In this document: one piece after another, positions 33,828 to 46,330 of the stretch | Layout: each line of letters begins with the position of its first letter | How positions within the stretch are numbered: the stretch's first letter is position 1 | NCBI RefSeq assembly: GCF_963921235.1 | Contig: NC_086097.1 | Location: forward strand, 167,030,001-167,094,000 | Reading direction: 5' to 3' | DNA: 64,000 nucleotides | Origin: Mobula hypostoma | Lineage: Eukaryota | Made by a program: the position numbers and the translations under genes | Notes under the pieces: model-generated | What the model saw: the letters and a program-made list of their open reading frames with translations, nothing else | What the model was told of the DNA's origin: nothing | Databases searched by the model: none

Positions 33828-34507
33828 TACTTTATACTTTATTGTCGCCAAACAATTGGTACTGGAACGTACAATCGTAACAGCGATATTTGATTCTGCG
33901 CTTCACATTCCCTGGATTACAAATATTAAATATTAAAAATATATTAAATAGTTAAATTAGTAAATATTAAAAATTTAAATTATAAATCATAAATAGAAAA
34001 TAGAAAAAATGGGAAGTAAGGTAGTGCAAAAAAACCGAGAGGCAGGTCCAGATATTTGGAGGGCACGGCCCAGATCCGGGTCAGGGTCCGTTCAGCAGTC
34101 TTATCACAGTTGGAAAGAAGCTGTTCCCAAATCTGGCCATACAAGTCTTCAAGCTCCCGAACCTTCTCCCGGAGGGAAGAGGGATGAAAAGTGTGTTGAC
34201 TGGGTGGGTCGTGTCTTTGATTATCCTGGCAGCACTGCTCTGACAGCGTGCGGTGTAAAGTGAGTCCACCGACCAAAGGTTGGTTTGTGTGATGTGCTGC
34301 GCCATGTTCAAGATCTTCTGCAGCTTCTTTCAGTTTTGGACAGGACAACTTCCATACCAGGTTGTGATGCACCCTAGAAGAATGCTTTCTACGGTGCATC
34401 TATAAGAATTAGTGAGGGTTTTAGGGGACAGGCCAAACTTCTTTAGTTTTCTCAGGAAGTAAAGTTGCTGGTGGGCCTTCTTGGCAGTGAACTCTGCTTG
34501 TTTGGAC
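33828..34507 (-). mobile_element. Rex1/Babar LINE 3' fragment (well preserved)
   Basis: ORF 34081..34311 AQHIT...SLYTARC...A.RIIKD.THP...LF..LPSGRR..SL.T...RF.NSFFP..IRLLN. Tail gacaataaagtataaagta. Confidence 0.9.
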
Positions 34508-36756
34508 ATACTTGTGAAGTGAAGGAGAGATGCTAAAGTACATGTCTTAAGGAAGATAAGAAGTGAAACTTAAAAGTGTCCTGCAATGGTTGTTACATTA
34601 GCAACATCTATTGTGTCTCCAGGACCAAGGCAAATGAAATTAAGATCCTTCCAAAGACCAAAGAGAATTGAAGTTGCAGGCTGGTGCCAGAGTGTGCTAG
34701 CTCATTGCAAGCTGCTCTCTGCAGGTCAACTTATTGGAATTCAAAACACAGTGAATTAATTACATTTTTAAATTTATAACTATTGTTAAACTGCTTTTTT
34801 TCTTTTACTTTACAGAGGAAAGCAGTGTAGTGTACGTAAATGAATGTGTCATCACTAAATTACATATTTGATTGTGTGTGGGTCGTTGTACATAGCCTGA
34901 GAAAATTATTGAATAAATTAGATCTTCCAAATCTTTCTATATTTCTCTTCACACTTGGCACATTACTGCAGCAAAGAACACACAGGGATTGTACCATATA
35001 GGTGCTAAAACTCAAATAGACCTGACGCAACATTAAAAGGTGAAGTTGCAATGCTCTGACTGGCCTATTTACCCCACACTTTCTATTTTGTGAAAGTTTG
35101 ATGTGAGGTGACACAATGGCATAAGTAGAAACGTTGCTACTTCAACTGTTCCACTAACCTTTGGTGCTCTCTGTGAGATTTGCCTGCTTATCCTGTCACC
35201 TCAGAGGTTCCTCTGCCTCCCCGCCCAGACCCTCCCTGAGAGCTCTGCTCCGAAAGACATGCTGGTTCGAAGATTCAGTGGCCACTCTAAACTGCCTGTG
35301 CTATAGGCGAGTGGCAGAATCTGGAGGAACTTGCGGGAAAACAGGAAAAGTTGGTGGGAGAATGGGGTCAGTCAGTGAGTCAGTATAGACTTAATTGACC
35401 CAGTGGCCTCCTGCTATGTTGTGAGAAAATAATGAATATTCCCTTATTATACCTGCCACTGCAAAGATTTTCTGGAGGAATTCTGCTATCTGTTCATTTA
35501 CTGTCAGTACAAAAATGTATTTTCTATAACAGGCAAGGTTGTTTGTAGATTATGACAGGCCAAGTAATTCCAAAACTCCACTTCCAGAGAACCACAAACA
35601 CGTTTGGATTTTAAGTCTCTACATAAATAGAAGGATATTATATATAAAAAGCTGCTAAAACCTGTATAAATATTTTTGGAATTAATAAAACACAAATGGG
35701 ATATAGCAGTATTTTTGGTTGTGCTCAGCTACACATTGGCATATTTGGTTTCCGGATTATACAAAAGCAGTCTTTTATCCCTATTTACCAATGTTTACAG
35801 CACCTAGTGAGACTAAAATTGCTCCTTGTCGGTACATATGTTACTCCTGATTGTAGCTATAATAAATATTTCTTGCAAATTTACCTTTAAATTCCCAGTC
35901 TCAGTAAAGAAGCAGAAAAACAATCTCTAATGGTGTTGTTATTTACAAAAGTGTTAGGATTGAAAGAAACCCCAGGGCTAAGTAATTGCAAAGTGAAAAA
36001 TGGCTGATACTGCAAAGCTGAAATGAAAACAGAGAATACTGATAATACTCAACAGGTCTGGTGGGAAGTTATTAACTGTTAATGTTAACTCCATTTACCT
36101 CTTACCAGCTGCTGACTGACCTGTTGAGCATCTCCAACACTTTGCTTTTATGTCTTCTCACAGTCCAAAGGCTTGAGAGTCAATAGGGTAATTAATGTAA
36201 ATGGGTGCTTCATGGTCATTGCTCGTTTCCATACTGTATGACTCCAATAACTACATATTATCAGAGAAGTGGATTTTATTTATTCAGAGTGGTTGGTGGA
36301 CACAGACAGTTTCACTTCATCAGGGACAGAGTACTCCCCACCATCGAGGATGTCCACAAGAGGGGCTGTCTCAGGAAGACATTGTCCATCCTCAGGGGCC
36401 TACTGTCTGGGCTATCTCCTCTTCTTGATGCCGCCATCAGGAAGGTGGTACAGGAACCTGAAGAACCAAACCTCAGTTGCTTTCCCACTGCCATCAGGTT
36501 CTTAAATTGGACTGAAGAAACTTAACACTCCTATAATACATAATTTCTGTTAACCTAAGTTTGTCAAGTGTGTAATGCACACTGCTGTTCCTGCAAAAAA
36601 GCTGATGTTTAATGGCATTTATACCTGATGCATATACTGTATGCTTGTGATAGTTAATCAGTTAACAATTCTTCTTAGATAAGAGTTAATTCTTTTTATC
36701 AAGTCAGGCTAAAAATCACAGACACACGGCGTGTGCATGCACACAGAGACAGACAG

Positions 36757-36782
36757 ACACACACACACACACACACACACAC
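36757..36782. repeat. (AC)n microsatellite
   Basis: Directly visible. Confidence 0.95.
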
Positions 36783-36841
36783 CTAGAAGTATTTGAACAA
36801 TGCCTAAAATTTCATACTTTTCTCCTACAGTATTCCTTTAA

Positions 36842-37682
36842 AGTTGGTGGTGATGAATTAGCATACAGGAGGGAGATTGAAAATTTAACTGAGTGGTGTA
36901 ATAACAACACCAACAATGTCAATAAGACTAAGGAACTGATTGTAGACTTCAGGAGAGGGAAACCAGAGATCTATGAGCCAGTAATCATCATAGGATCAGA
37001 GATGGAGAAGGCCAATAAATTTAAATTCCTGGGTATCAATATCTCAGAGGACCTGTTTTAGACCCACCATATAATATTATTGTGAAGAAAGCACAACAGT
37101 GCCTCTACTTCCTCAAGAGTCTGCTGAGATTCTGCATGTCATCAAAAACCCTGGCAAATTTCTAAAAATGTGTGGTGGGAAGTGTGCTGACTGGCATGGG
37201 AACATAAATGCCTTTGAGTGGAAAATCCTACAAAAGGTAATGGATTCGGCCCAGTACCTCTCGGGTAAAACCCTCCCAACCATTGAGCACACCTACATGA
37301 AACGTTACCGTAGAAAAGCAGCATCCAAAGATCCTCACCACCCAGGCCATGATCTTTTCTCACTGCTGCCATCAGGTAGAAGCTACAGCTGCCTCAGCAC
37401 TTGCACCACCAGGTTCAAGAATAGTTCCTACCCCTCAACCAACGGGCTCTTGAATAAAAGGTGATAACTACACTCATTTAAGGACTTCTCTTATCTTGTT
37501 ATATCGTGCTCCTTATGTATTGTTATTCATTTATATCTACACTTGCACAGTTTTACTGTCTATACTGATCCTGTTTACAGTTGCTGTTCTATAGATTTAC
37601 TAAGTATGCCTGCAGAAAAAGAATCTCAGAGTTGTATGTGGTAACATACATGTAACTTAATAATAAATTTTACTTTGAACTA
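36842..37682 (+). mobile_element. Rex1/Babar LINE 3' fragment
   Basis: DE.AYRREIE.L.EW..NN, KTKELIVDFR, FKFLG..IS.DL and DPHHPGH.LFSLLPSGR motifs. Tail taataaattttactttgaac. Confidence 0.88.
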
Positions 37683-37755
37683 TTTACTTGAATATGCTTG
37701 TACCAGGTTTAAATTGGTGCAGATACAGTTGGCAGTTTTCCCACCTCAGATCTGG

Positions 37756-38612
37756 AAGCTGGCACTACAAAGAATGCCACGACGGGAGACCAAGCTGGCA
37801 CTACAGAGAATGCCATGACGGGAGACCAAGCTGGTACTAGAAAATGCCATGACAGGAAACCAAGCTGGCACTACAGAGAATCCCTCAACAGGAAACCAAG
37901 CTGGCACTAGAGAATGCCACGACGGGTGACCAAGCTGGCACTACAGAGAATGCCACGATAGGAAACCAAGCTGGCACTACAGAGAATCCCTCAACAGGAA
38001 ACCAAGCTGGCACTAGAGAATGCCACGACAGGTGACCAAGCTGGCACTACAGAGAATGCCACAATAGGAAACCAAGCTGGCACTACAGGGAATGCCATGA
38101 CAGGAGACCAAGCTGGCACTACAGAGAATGCCACAACAGGAGACCACATTGGCACTACAGAAAATGCCATGACAGGAGACCAAGCTGGCACTACAGAAAA
38201 TGCCACGACAGGAGACCAAGCTGGCACTACAGGGAATGCCACGACAGGAGACCAAGCTGGCACTACAGGGAATGCCACAACGGCAGACCAAGCTGGCACT
38301 ACAGTGAATGCCACAACGGGAGACCAAGCTGGCACTACAGAGAATGCCATGACAGGAGACCAAGCTGGCACTACAGAGAATGCCATGACAGGAGACCAAG
38401 CTGGCACTACAGAGAATGCCATGACAGGAGACCAAGCTGGCACTAGAGAGAATGCCACGACAGGAGACCAAGCTGGCACTAGAGAGAATGCCACGACGGG
38501 AGACGACGCTGGCACTACAGAGAATGCCACGACGGGAGACCAAGCTGGCACTACAGAGAATGCCATGACAGGAGACAAAGCTGGCACTACAGAGAATGCC
38601 ACAATGGGAGAC
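37756..38612. repeat. 36-bp minisatellite, about 24 copies
   Basis: Head-to-tail unit GGAGACCAAGCTGGCACTACAGAGAATGCCAYGACA with no spacers. Confidence 0.97.
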
Positions 38613-38799
38613 TAAGGGAAAATACATTTCAGTCTAATATGGATCCTGGAGTTGCATGGAAATGTTGGCCCCTTTACTCTTCTCTCCGTATCCTCTCTCT
38701 TCTGACCTAAATCTTTCCCTCCTCTGTGGCCTCTGCTACTTCCATGACTGATTCTGATTTAAGTGCTTCTATCCATCTCTTATTTAACCTATCCACTCC

Positions 38800-39152
38800 C
38801 AGCCATTTCTGCCATTTCCAAGCCTGAATGCTTGAAACTACAGTGAGCAAAAAACAGTATTGTATTGTCTCACTGCTTATTTCTCGTCAACTATTAGTGA
38901 CAAAAATCACTGCTTTTGAACACAAACACATGCAACTGATGATATTTTAAAACTGTTTGCTCTAAACACAGTATAGTTTCTAAGAGCCACACAAGTGCAT
39001 GCGACTGATGCTAGTTAGAAACTGTTCAGCAACAGACTCCTGTCCCAATTAAGCAACATACATAATGCCCCAAATAAAGGAAGGGAACCCCAGCAGTGTT
39101 CTTGATTAGTTTTTGTTCATTAAGAGTTGCCCCACATAACCAGAATCCACTG
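38800..39152. mobile_element. pogo/Tigger-type non-autonomous DNA transposon, right portion
   Basis: Ends ataaccagaatccactg followed by TA. Homologous to about 46770-47045. Confidence 0.65.
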
Positions 39153-39868
39153 TACATATCTTGAGATGTCTTGGGGTTGGGATACATCACAGATACAGTC
39201 ACATTCAGGCTGGGCGAGTCTGAACTGCTCAGATGTACCAGTTTGTCTACTATTCTTGATCAATGACAAGAAATAAATACATGTAGTGCAACTGGTCAGT
39301 TTCTCAACCTAGGACGAATGCTCCTACGTCAGATTTGGAGCTGTCACAGGACCATAAGAAATTACAGGGAGCAGGCACATCTCTCCCAAGCATCAACACA
39401 ATTTATTAAGGCGCTACCTGAAGAAGGCAACATCCATTGTCAAAGACCACCTCCATCTCACAGCAACTGACGGGCAATAGTCTCGGAATCCCGAAATCCC
39501 ACAAAATCAGATTTAAGAACAGCTGATTCCCTTTGATCATTCAGTTCTTGAATCAACCTGCGCAAACCTTACCATCACCAGTCTGCACATTACTGAACTG
39601 TGTTTTATTCTAATTGCATTTGTTCTAGTATGATTTTAGATGGTTTATGTTTAATTTATGTCTTTCCAGTGAATGTTGCTTATCCGATGCTACGTGACTG
39701 CAAAGCTGCAGCAAGGAAGTTTTTCATTGCCCCTGTGCACCCATGTACTTGAACATGTGATAGTAAACTTGACTTTGAGTTTTTAATTTAGGTTTCATTA
39801 CCCAAGCCAATGTCAACTCTGTGTCACGTTCAAGTAGAGATTGATTACCAACACCATCCGATGTGATA

Positions 39869-40100
39869 GCAGGGAAGGGAACGTTGACTCAGATGATGAG
39901 AGACCTGCGTCGGGCATTTTCATGCCTTACAAGGCGCAGATTGGAAGTCTGTGTGGGGCGCCAATCCTCGCACAGACACTAGAGCAATGTGTGGTTAAGT
40001 GCCTTGCTCAAAGACACAAACACACTGCCACAGCTGAGGCTCGAACGAGCAACCTTCAGATCACTAGACGAACGCCTTAACTACTTGGCCACATGCCCAC
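39869..40100 (-). mobile_element. tRNA-derived CORE-type SINE, tail variant A
   Basis: A box TGGCCAAGTAG, B box GTTCGAGCC, core gtgtctttgagcaaggcacttaacc. 7-bp TSD tgtgata at 39862-39868 and 40101-40107. Confidence 0.8.
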
Positions 40101-41074
40101 TGTGATATTAGATGTATGAAAAACTGCAACAGACGAGATTCTGCAGATGCCAGAAGATGGGTCTCAGCCTGAAATGTCAACTGTTTATTCCCAGCCATGG
40201 CTGTTGCCCAACTTGCTGAGTTCCTCCAGCTGTGTCTGAAAACCCTAAAACCTAGAGCTAACATTCCAAATAAGGGTTGTCTAACGTCTCAAGCCTGCAA
40301 GTCAACTGTTTTAACTGAATGAACTACCTCCTCCTCACCATCGTTAGTATTACCTTGTCAGCTTTCCAAGGTCTAAAATATTTGATATGGTATAATTATG
40401 TAACTCCAATACATAAAATTAGGTGCAATTGAGCTGTTATTTTATAAAATGATGAAAATCAAATGGATATTCTTTTAGTGTATTTTGCTGGAGTTCATTA
40501 CTTTTATGAGAATTCCTGTTGGAAAGTATATAATTTGTATGCTCAGTTTGAAAACCTGCATTTGTTGTGCATTTGAGACTCAATAGTAAATGGCTCCAAT
40601 GCCTAAAATAATAATTTTTAACAAGATTTAGGCAGTGTACTAATGTTGTTATTAACTAACCCCCTTTGCTCATTGAATGCTACTCTAATATCACTCGAGG
40701 TTTGACACCATCCAGTACAAAGCAGCCCACTCCTATCACCACCCTAAACATTCTCTCTCTCCAGCACTGTCAGACCCAGATTGCCACGTGCACCTTCTAC
40801 AAAATTCACAACGGAAACTGGGCAAGGCTTCTTTGGCAGTACCTCCAAGATGCACTGTCATCAAGATGCACGCATCTCAAGCAGGGGTTCAGTGCCATCT
40901 ACCAGCCTTTCACTTGCTGCTCCCAGAGGAAGGAGTCTGCAGGTGATGGTCTCTCCCTCCTTCATGCTCACTGCTCCGAAGGAAGGTCCCTGCATTCAAA
41001 TGGTCTCCCTCCATCCCCTGATGCTGTCAAAGGACAGTGCCAGAATCCTGGGTCATGGGCAAGATTTAATTGAA

Positions 41075-42712
41075 GGCATTTCGGTGAGGACAGTATGAGT
41101 GAGGTTGATGTTCTGGAGCATGTTGATATTAAGGGAGAGGAGGTGTTGGACTCGTTAAAATACATTTGGACAGACAAGTCCCCGGGGCCTGACGAAATAT
41201 TCCCCAGGCTGCTCCACGAGGCGAGAGAAGAGATTGCTGAGCCTCTGGCTAGGATCTTTATGTCCTCGTTGTCCACGGGAATGGTACCAGAGGATTGGAG
41301 GGAGGGGAATGTTGTCCCCTTGTTCAAAAAAGGTAGTAGGGATAGTCCAGGTAATTATAGACCAGTGAGCCTTACGTCCATGGTGGGAAAGCTGTTGGAA
41401 AAGATTCTTAGAGATAGGATCTATAGGCATTTAGAGAATCATGGTCTGATCAGGGACAGTCAGCATGGCTCTGTGAAGGGCAAGCCTGATAGAGTTCCTT
41501 GAGGAGCTGACCAGGCAAATAGATGAGGGTAGTGCAGTGGATGTGATCTACACGGACTTTAGTAAGGCATTTGACAAGGTTCCACATGGTAGGGTTATTC
41601 AGAAAGTCAGAAGGCATGGGATCCAGGGAAGTTTGGCCAGCTGGATTCAGAATTGGCTTGCCTGCAGAAGGCAGAGGGTCATGGTGGAGGGAGTACATTC
41701 AGATTGGAGGGTTGTGACTAGTGGTGTCTCACAAGGATCTGTTCTGGGACCTCTACTTTACGTGATTTTTATTAATGACCTGGATGTGGGGGTAGAAGGG
41801 TAGGTTGGCAAGTTTGCAGATGACACAAAGGTTGGTGGTGTTATGGATAGTGTAGAGGATTGTCGAAGGTTACAGAGAGACATTGATAGGATGCAGAAGT
41901 GGGCTGACAAGTGGCAGATGGAGTTCAACCTGGAGAAGTGTGAGGTGGTACCCTTTGGAAGGACAAACTCCAAGGCAGAGTACAAAGTAAGTGGCAGGAT
42001 ACTTGGTAGTGTGGAGGAGCAGAGGGATCGCGGGGTACATGTCCACAGATCCCTGAAAGTTGCCTCACAGGTAGATAGGGTAGTTAAGAAAGCTTATGGG
42101 GTGTTAGCTTTCATAAGTCGAGGGATAGAGTTTAAGAGTCGCAAGGTAATGATGCAGCTCTATAAAACTCTGGTTAGGCCTCACTTGGAGTACTGTGTCC
42201 AGTTCTGGTCGCCTCACTATAGGAAGGATGTGGAAGCATTGGAAAGGGTACAGAGGAGATTTACCAGGATGCTGCCTGGTTTAGAAAGTATGCATTATGA
42301 TCAGGGATTAAGGGAGCTAGGGCTTTACTCTTTGGAGAGAAGGAGGGTGAGAGGAGACATGATAGAGGTGTACAAGATAATAAGAGGAATAGATAGAGTG
42401 GATAGCCAGCACCTCTTCCCCAGGGCACCATTGCTCAATACAAGAGGACATGGCTTTAAGGTAAGGAGTGGGAAGTTCAAGGGGGATATTAGAGGAAGGT
42501 TTTTCACTCAGAGAGTGGTTGGTACGTGGAATGCACTGCCTGAGTCAGTGGTGGAGGCAGATACAGTAGTGAAATTTAAGAGACTACTAGACAGGTATAT
42601 GAAGGAATTTAAGTTTGGGGGGTTATATGAAAGGCAGGGTTTGAGGGTCGGCACAACATTATGGGCCGATAGACCTGTACTGTGCTGTACTATTCTATGT
42701 TCAATGTTCCAT
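41075..42712 (+). mobile_element. 5'-truncated CR1 LINE with near-complete RT domain (pseudogenised)
   Basis: ORFs 41095..41502, 41537..41803 and 41843..42736 are one ORF2 ([55 protein letters not shown]), broken by a deletion/frameshift near 41480 and a TAG at 41801-41803. (TTCTATG)n-like tail. Confidence 0.97.
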
Positions 42713-43704
42713 GAGTTTCTGGATTGGTCTCAATAGTTCACGTTGTGATGTGTTTTTGGGTGCTCCTTTGTTTTTGCTATTTTGTGTGGTTTTGATTGGG
42801 GTGGCCTGCAGATAATGAGTGATACAGTGCTATACTGAACTGAACATGCCTGGACTCTATCCATGACTTTGTTGTTTGGCATTTCATATTCTGTGCTTTT
42901 CACTCATGCTTTTTACCTTTTGCGCGATTTGTTTTGCTTTGTACGTGGTGGGGAGGTGCTATTCTTCGAAAGTGTTCCATGATTTTCTTTGTTTCATGGC
43001 TGTCTGTGGGAACTGCATAAGTATTTTGATAATAAATGTACTTTAATCTGTAGGTGGAAATGTACCAGCTGTATTTTCTCATTAACACAGATAACTGTTC
43101 TGCGGAGATTTGAAACACAAGACTCTCAAAAAGATCTCTTTACCTGATCTGTACCATGAGCTGAAAGATTTCCATTTGTCTCCATATCATTTAAAACACC
43201 AGACTTGGACATACCAAATCACTGGGCAAATTGAGATCTGTGGTTCACAATAATGTTTCAGCCCACATTGGAATAAAAGTGGAAGATTCTCACTGCAGTT
43301 CCATAGAAGTTATGGACAAAAATATAATGATTACGTTGCCCAACCAATTTCAGGACAGGCCCATTCTAAATTTATCGAAGGTTTATGGATGGCTACCTGT
43401 CATTTTCTTTTTTTTAAACATAAACATTGTTCATGTTGAGTTGGATTTATTTAAATTACTCGACTGATATAGTCAACATTTAAGGAAGAATGTTTTTATC
43501 CACTCTAGCAGCAAGAAAGAAAAAACATTATTCTTTTTGTGTCCATGTTGAAACAATAATGGATAGTGACAAATACACAGTCTCCTTGACATTTTCCACG
43601 CGTCATTATTAAGGCCCACGCTCTTTCCACAGACAAATATTTACTGACTGGATTAATCACCAGATTAAGACTCTGATACCAAAGAAGACCTCCAGGCATA
43701 ATTT

Positions 43705-43880
43705 TGAAGAAAGAAAGACTGCTTTCATATAGCACCTTTCATAGCCGTGAATGTCACAAGTGTTTCATTGTCACTGAGCTACTTTAGAAGTGTAACCACT
43801 GTGGTAATGTGGGACAAATAAGCAAGCAGTTCTAAGTGAATGGCAGTCAGTCTCTGGTGATGTAGCACAGGGGTCAAGAT
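43705..43880 (-). mobile_element. DeuSINE (SacSINE1-like) 3' fragment
   Basis: aaagaaagactgctttcatatagcacctttca..tactttagaagtgtaaccactgtggtaatgtggga is the antisense of the family's 3' tail. Confidence 0.55.
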
Positions 43881-44540
43881 CAGTATTTAGGACAGGATGT
43901 GTTAGAGTGTGGGAGGAATATTTGAAATCAGACTGGAAAGAATGAGAGGAGAATGGATAAATTCAAGATGGAAGGAAAGAAGGGGTCAGTGAGGGATGAA
44001 AGGGAAGGATGAAATGAACTGGGAGTTGATGGGGGAACAAGTGTAAGTGGAGAACTTGGGAGAAAGAGAAGATAGATAGAAAGAAAGGAATTGGAAGTGA
44101 CAGGGACTTCCTGTACTGTGGCTTACAGCCGGTCAAAGAACTTCTCTTTTTTTATTATTTGCAAACAGAAGCCAGCATTGAGCAGGCATATCCCATCATT
44201 TTCACCATATAATTGGTTGACCGGCCAGTTGTTGCTCCTCATTGCACCATATTGATTCCTTGAGTAGTCACCAATAAGCATGGAGTCATGGCAACAGGTT
44301 TCACTGATATCCCATAAATAGAATGTGGCAATGTCAGCCCAGACACAAAGAATTAATCTGATGAATCAACTGAACTAATTAAATTATACCAAATTGATGA
44401 TTAAAGTACCTCAGTGAAAGTACATTGCATATTATAAGCCTAATGTGTGGAATAGAACTCAATCAAGCTATGGTTTTATAACAGGAGTCGTTTGCCAAAT
44501 AATAATGTTAGAATGAATAAACTCTTCTTGGATTGCCAGC

Positions 44541-44582
44541 CGGGATGTTTCGATGACTCTGCCTTCTTCATCAGGGATGATT
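44541..44582 (-). ncRNA. Degenerate hammerhead motif in the inverted pLTR
   Basis: Minus strand atcatcc-CTGATGA-agaaggcagagtcatc-GAAA-cATC. The stem I partner appears deleted. Confidence 0.5.
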
Positions 44583-45627
44583 CCAGGGTATGTCTAGTCT
44601 GGTCGTATTTACGTTTCTGTCATCCACCCCTCCCGATTGGTTAGCCCTCATCCAATCAAGTTTCTGCTCTCCCACCTTGTTTACAATCGAATTCCAGTTC
44701 TTATTTAGAATGAGACATTCGTCTTTGTTAATGTTCTATCCTCTAGTTTTATTTCAATGGCTTTCTTCACCAGGTGGTCCCAAAAGCCATTGCTGTAGCA
44801 CAGGCGTTTTGTGCCGTTGAAGTCAATCTGATGGCCATTGTGAATACAATGTTCTGCTACTGCCGATTTTTCCATTCAATTTGCAAATTCAAACATTCAA
44901 CTGATGATGGAGATGGAGAAGAATGGTTGCCTTCTGTTCCCGGACATTCTAAAATGATGGAAACTGGATGATGGCCTTGGACATTCTGTTAATTAGAAAC
45001 CCATTCACATGGACTTCTACCTCAACAATAATAGCCACCATCAAACCTCCCAATGTAGAACAATTCTTTCTACTTTGATTAGCCATGCAAAATTGATTTT
45101 GGACCCAAAGAGTCTCCATGAGGAAACAAGACAATTATGCACTACGTTCCTACAGTATGGCTACAAGGCGAAGGAAATCAACTGGGCCCTAAAAAGGGCC
45201 AACAGAAAAAAAGCAGGAAATCTAACAATGAGGAGGAACCCGTCTCTACAGTATGTCTTCCCTATATTTCCACGGTTTCTGGAAGGATCACCAGGATCCT
45301 GAAGAAATACCAGATTAATAGCATCCACAAAACTGTAAGGAAGCTCAAATCACAGCTTACACGGGTCACAGACGACCTGGGACTCAGGTCAGCTGGCATT
45401 TACACAATTCCCAAGGAGCAGTGTATATCCGCTAGGCAGGACACACGATGGAAACCCATATCAAGGGGCACAGGAGGTGTATCCATTTCGGTTACCTGGA
45501 GAAATTGGCGGTAGCAGAACATTGCACTCTCAATAGCCATAGGATTGACTTTGACTGCACCAAACTACTGTGCCTCGCAAATGGCTTTTGGGACCACCTG
45601 ATGAAGGAAGCTATTCAAATAAAATTA

Positions 45628-45906
45628 TATGGGCCTCCGTTAGTCTCGTGAGACCATGGTTTCCTGGGCAAAGTTGTATGGAAGACTGGCAAATGCCCAT
45701 GCTGCAAGTCTCCCCTCTCCATGCCACCAATGTTGTCTAAGGGAAGGGCATTAGGACCCATACAGCGTGGCACCGGTGTTGTCGCAGAGCAATGTGTGGT
45801 TAAGTTCCTTGCTCAAGGACACAACATGCTGTCTCAGCCAAGGCTCAAACTAGCGACCTTCACATCACTAGACGTACGCCTTAACCTCTTGGCCATGCGC
45901 CAACAC
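45628..45906 (-). mobile_element. tRNA-derived CORE-type SINE, tail variant B, nested in Penelope
   Basis: A box TGGCCAAGAGG, B-box-like GTTTGAGCC, core gtgtccttgagcaaggaacttaacc. Exact 9-bp TSD ataaaatta at 45619-45627 and 45907-45915. Confidence 0.85.
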
Positions 45907-46330
45907 ATAAAATTAGAGGAAAAGAATGTTAACGAAGATGAAGGTCTCACTCTAAGTAAGAACTAGAATTCAATTGTAAACCAGATGGAACAGCGGAAAC
46001 CTGATCAGGAGGGACAGACGACTGGGTTATAAATACCACCAGACTAGGCATCATCCCAGATGTGGATGGCAAATTTGTCATCAGAATGTCAGTTAAAATC
46101 AATACCTGTACCCGGCTGCAAGCCCAAGAGGAGTTTATGCATCACCTACTAGACCTTTTTCAATAATGTTAGAAAGCTAAAAACTCAATGATTGATACAA
46201 TGGACGCAACATTCAACGAAGAACTGTTTCATCATTCCATGCTACAGATCTATGTAACCATTTACAGCCAGGAATACAATGTAAGGTTGCCATAAACACT
46301 TGTGGGAATTTAACCCAAACCTGTATAATA

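Larger units (their letters stand above)
44514..46161 (+). mobile_element. Penelope element: inverted 5' pLTR, RT C-terminus, GIY-YIG, 3' pLTR
   Basis: MEME.NGCL, KP.H.DFYLN..SHH and CLPYI...S..I.RILK motifs, GIYTIP at 45395 and frameshifted YI at 45424. 44514-44876 is an inverted copy of the 3' end. Exact 13-bp TSD aataatgttagaa at 44501-44513 and 46162-46174. Confidence 0.9.

Noticed and set aside
34790..34842. Strong plus-strand splice acceptor (pyrimidine tract + TACAG at 34811-34815)
   Set aside because: Only a weak donor follows, all frames stop soon after, and there is no partner exon.
37756..38612. CRISPR array (36-bp repeats)
   Set aside because: Units are head-to-tail with no unique spacers, there are no cas genes, and the context is eukaryotic.
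40020..40100. tRNA gene (also 45830-45906 and 58450-58520)
   Set aside because: The A/B boxes continue into SINE bodies, with TSDs or simple-repeat tails; I could not fold a convincing cloverleaf.
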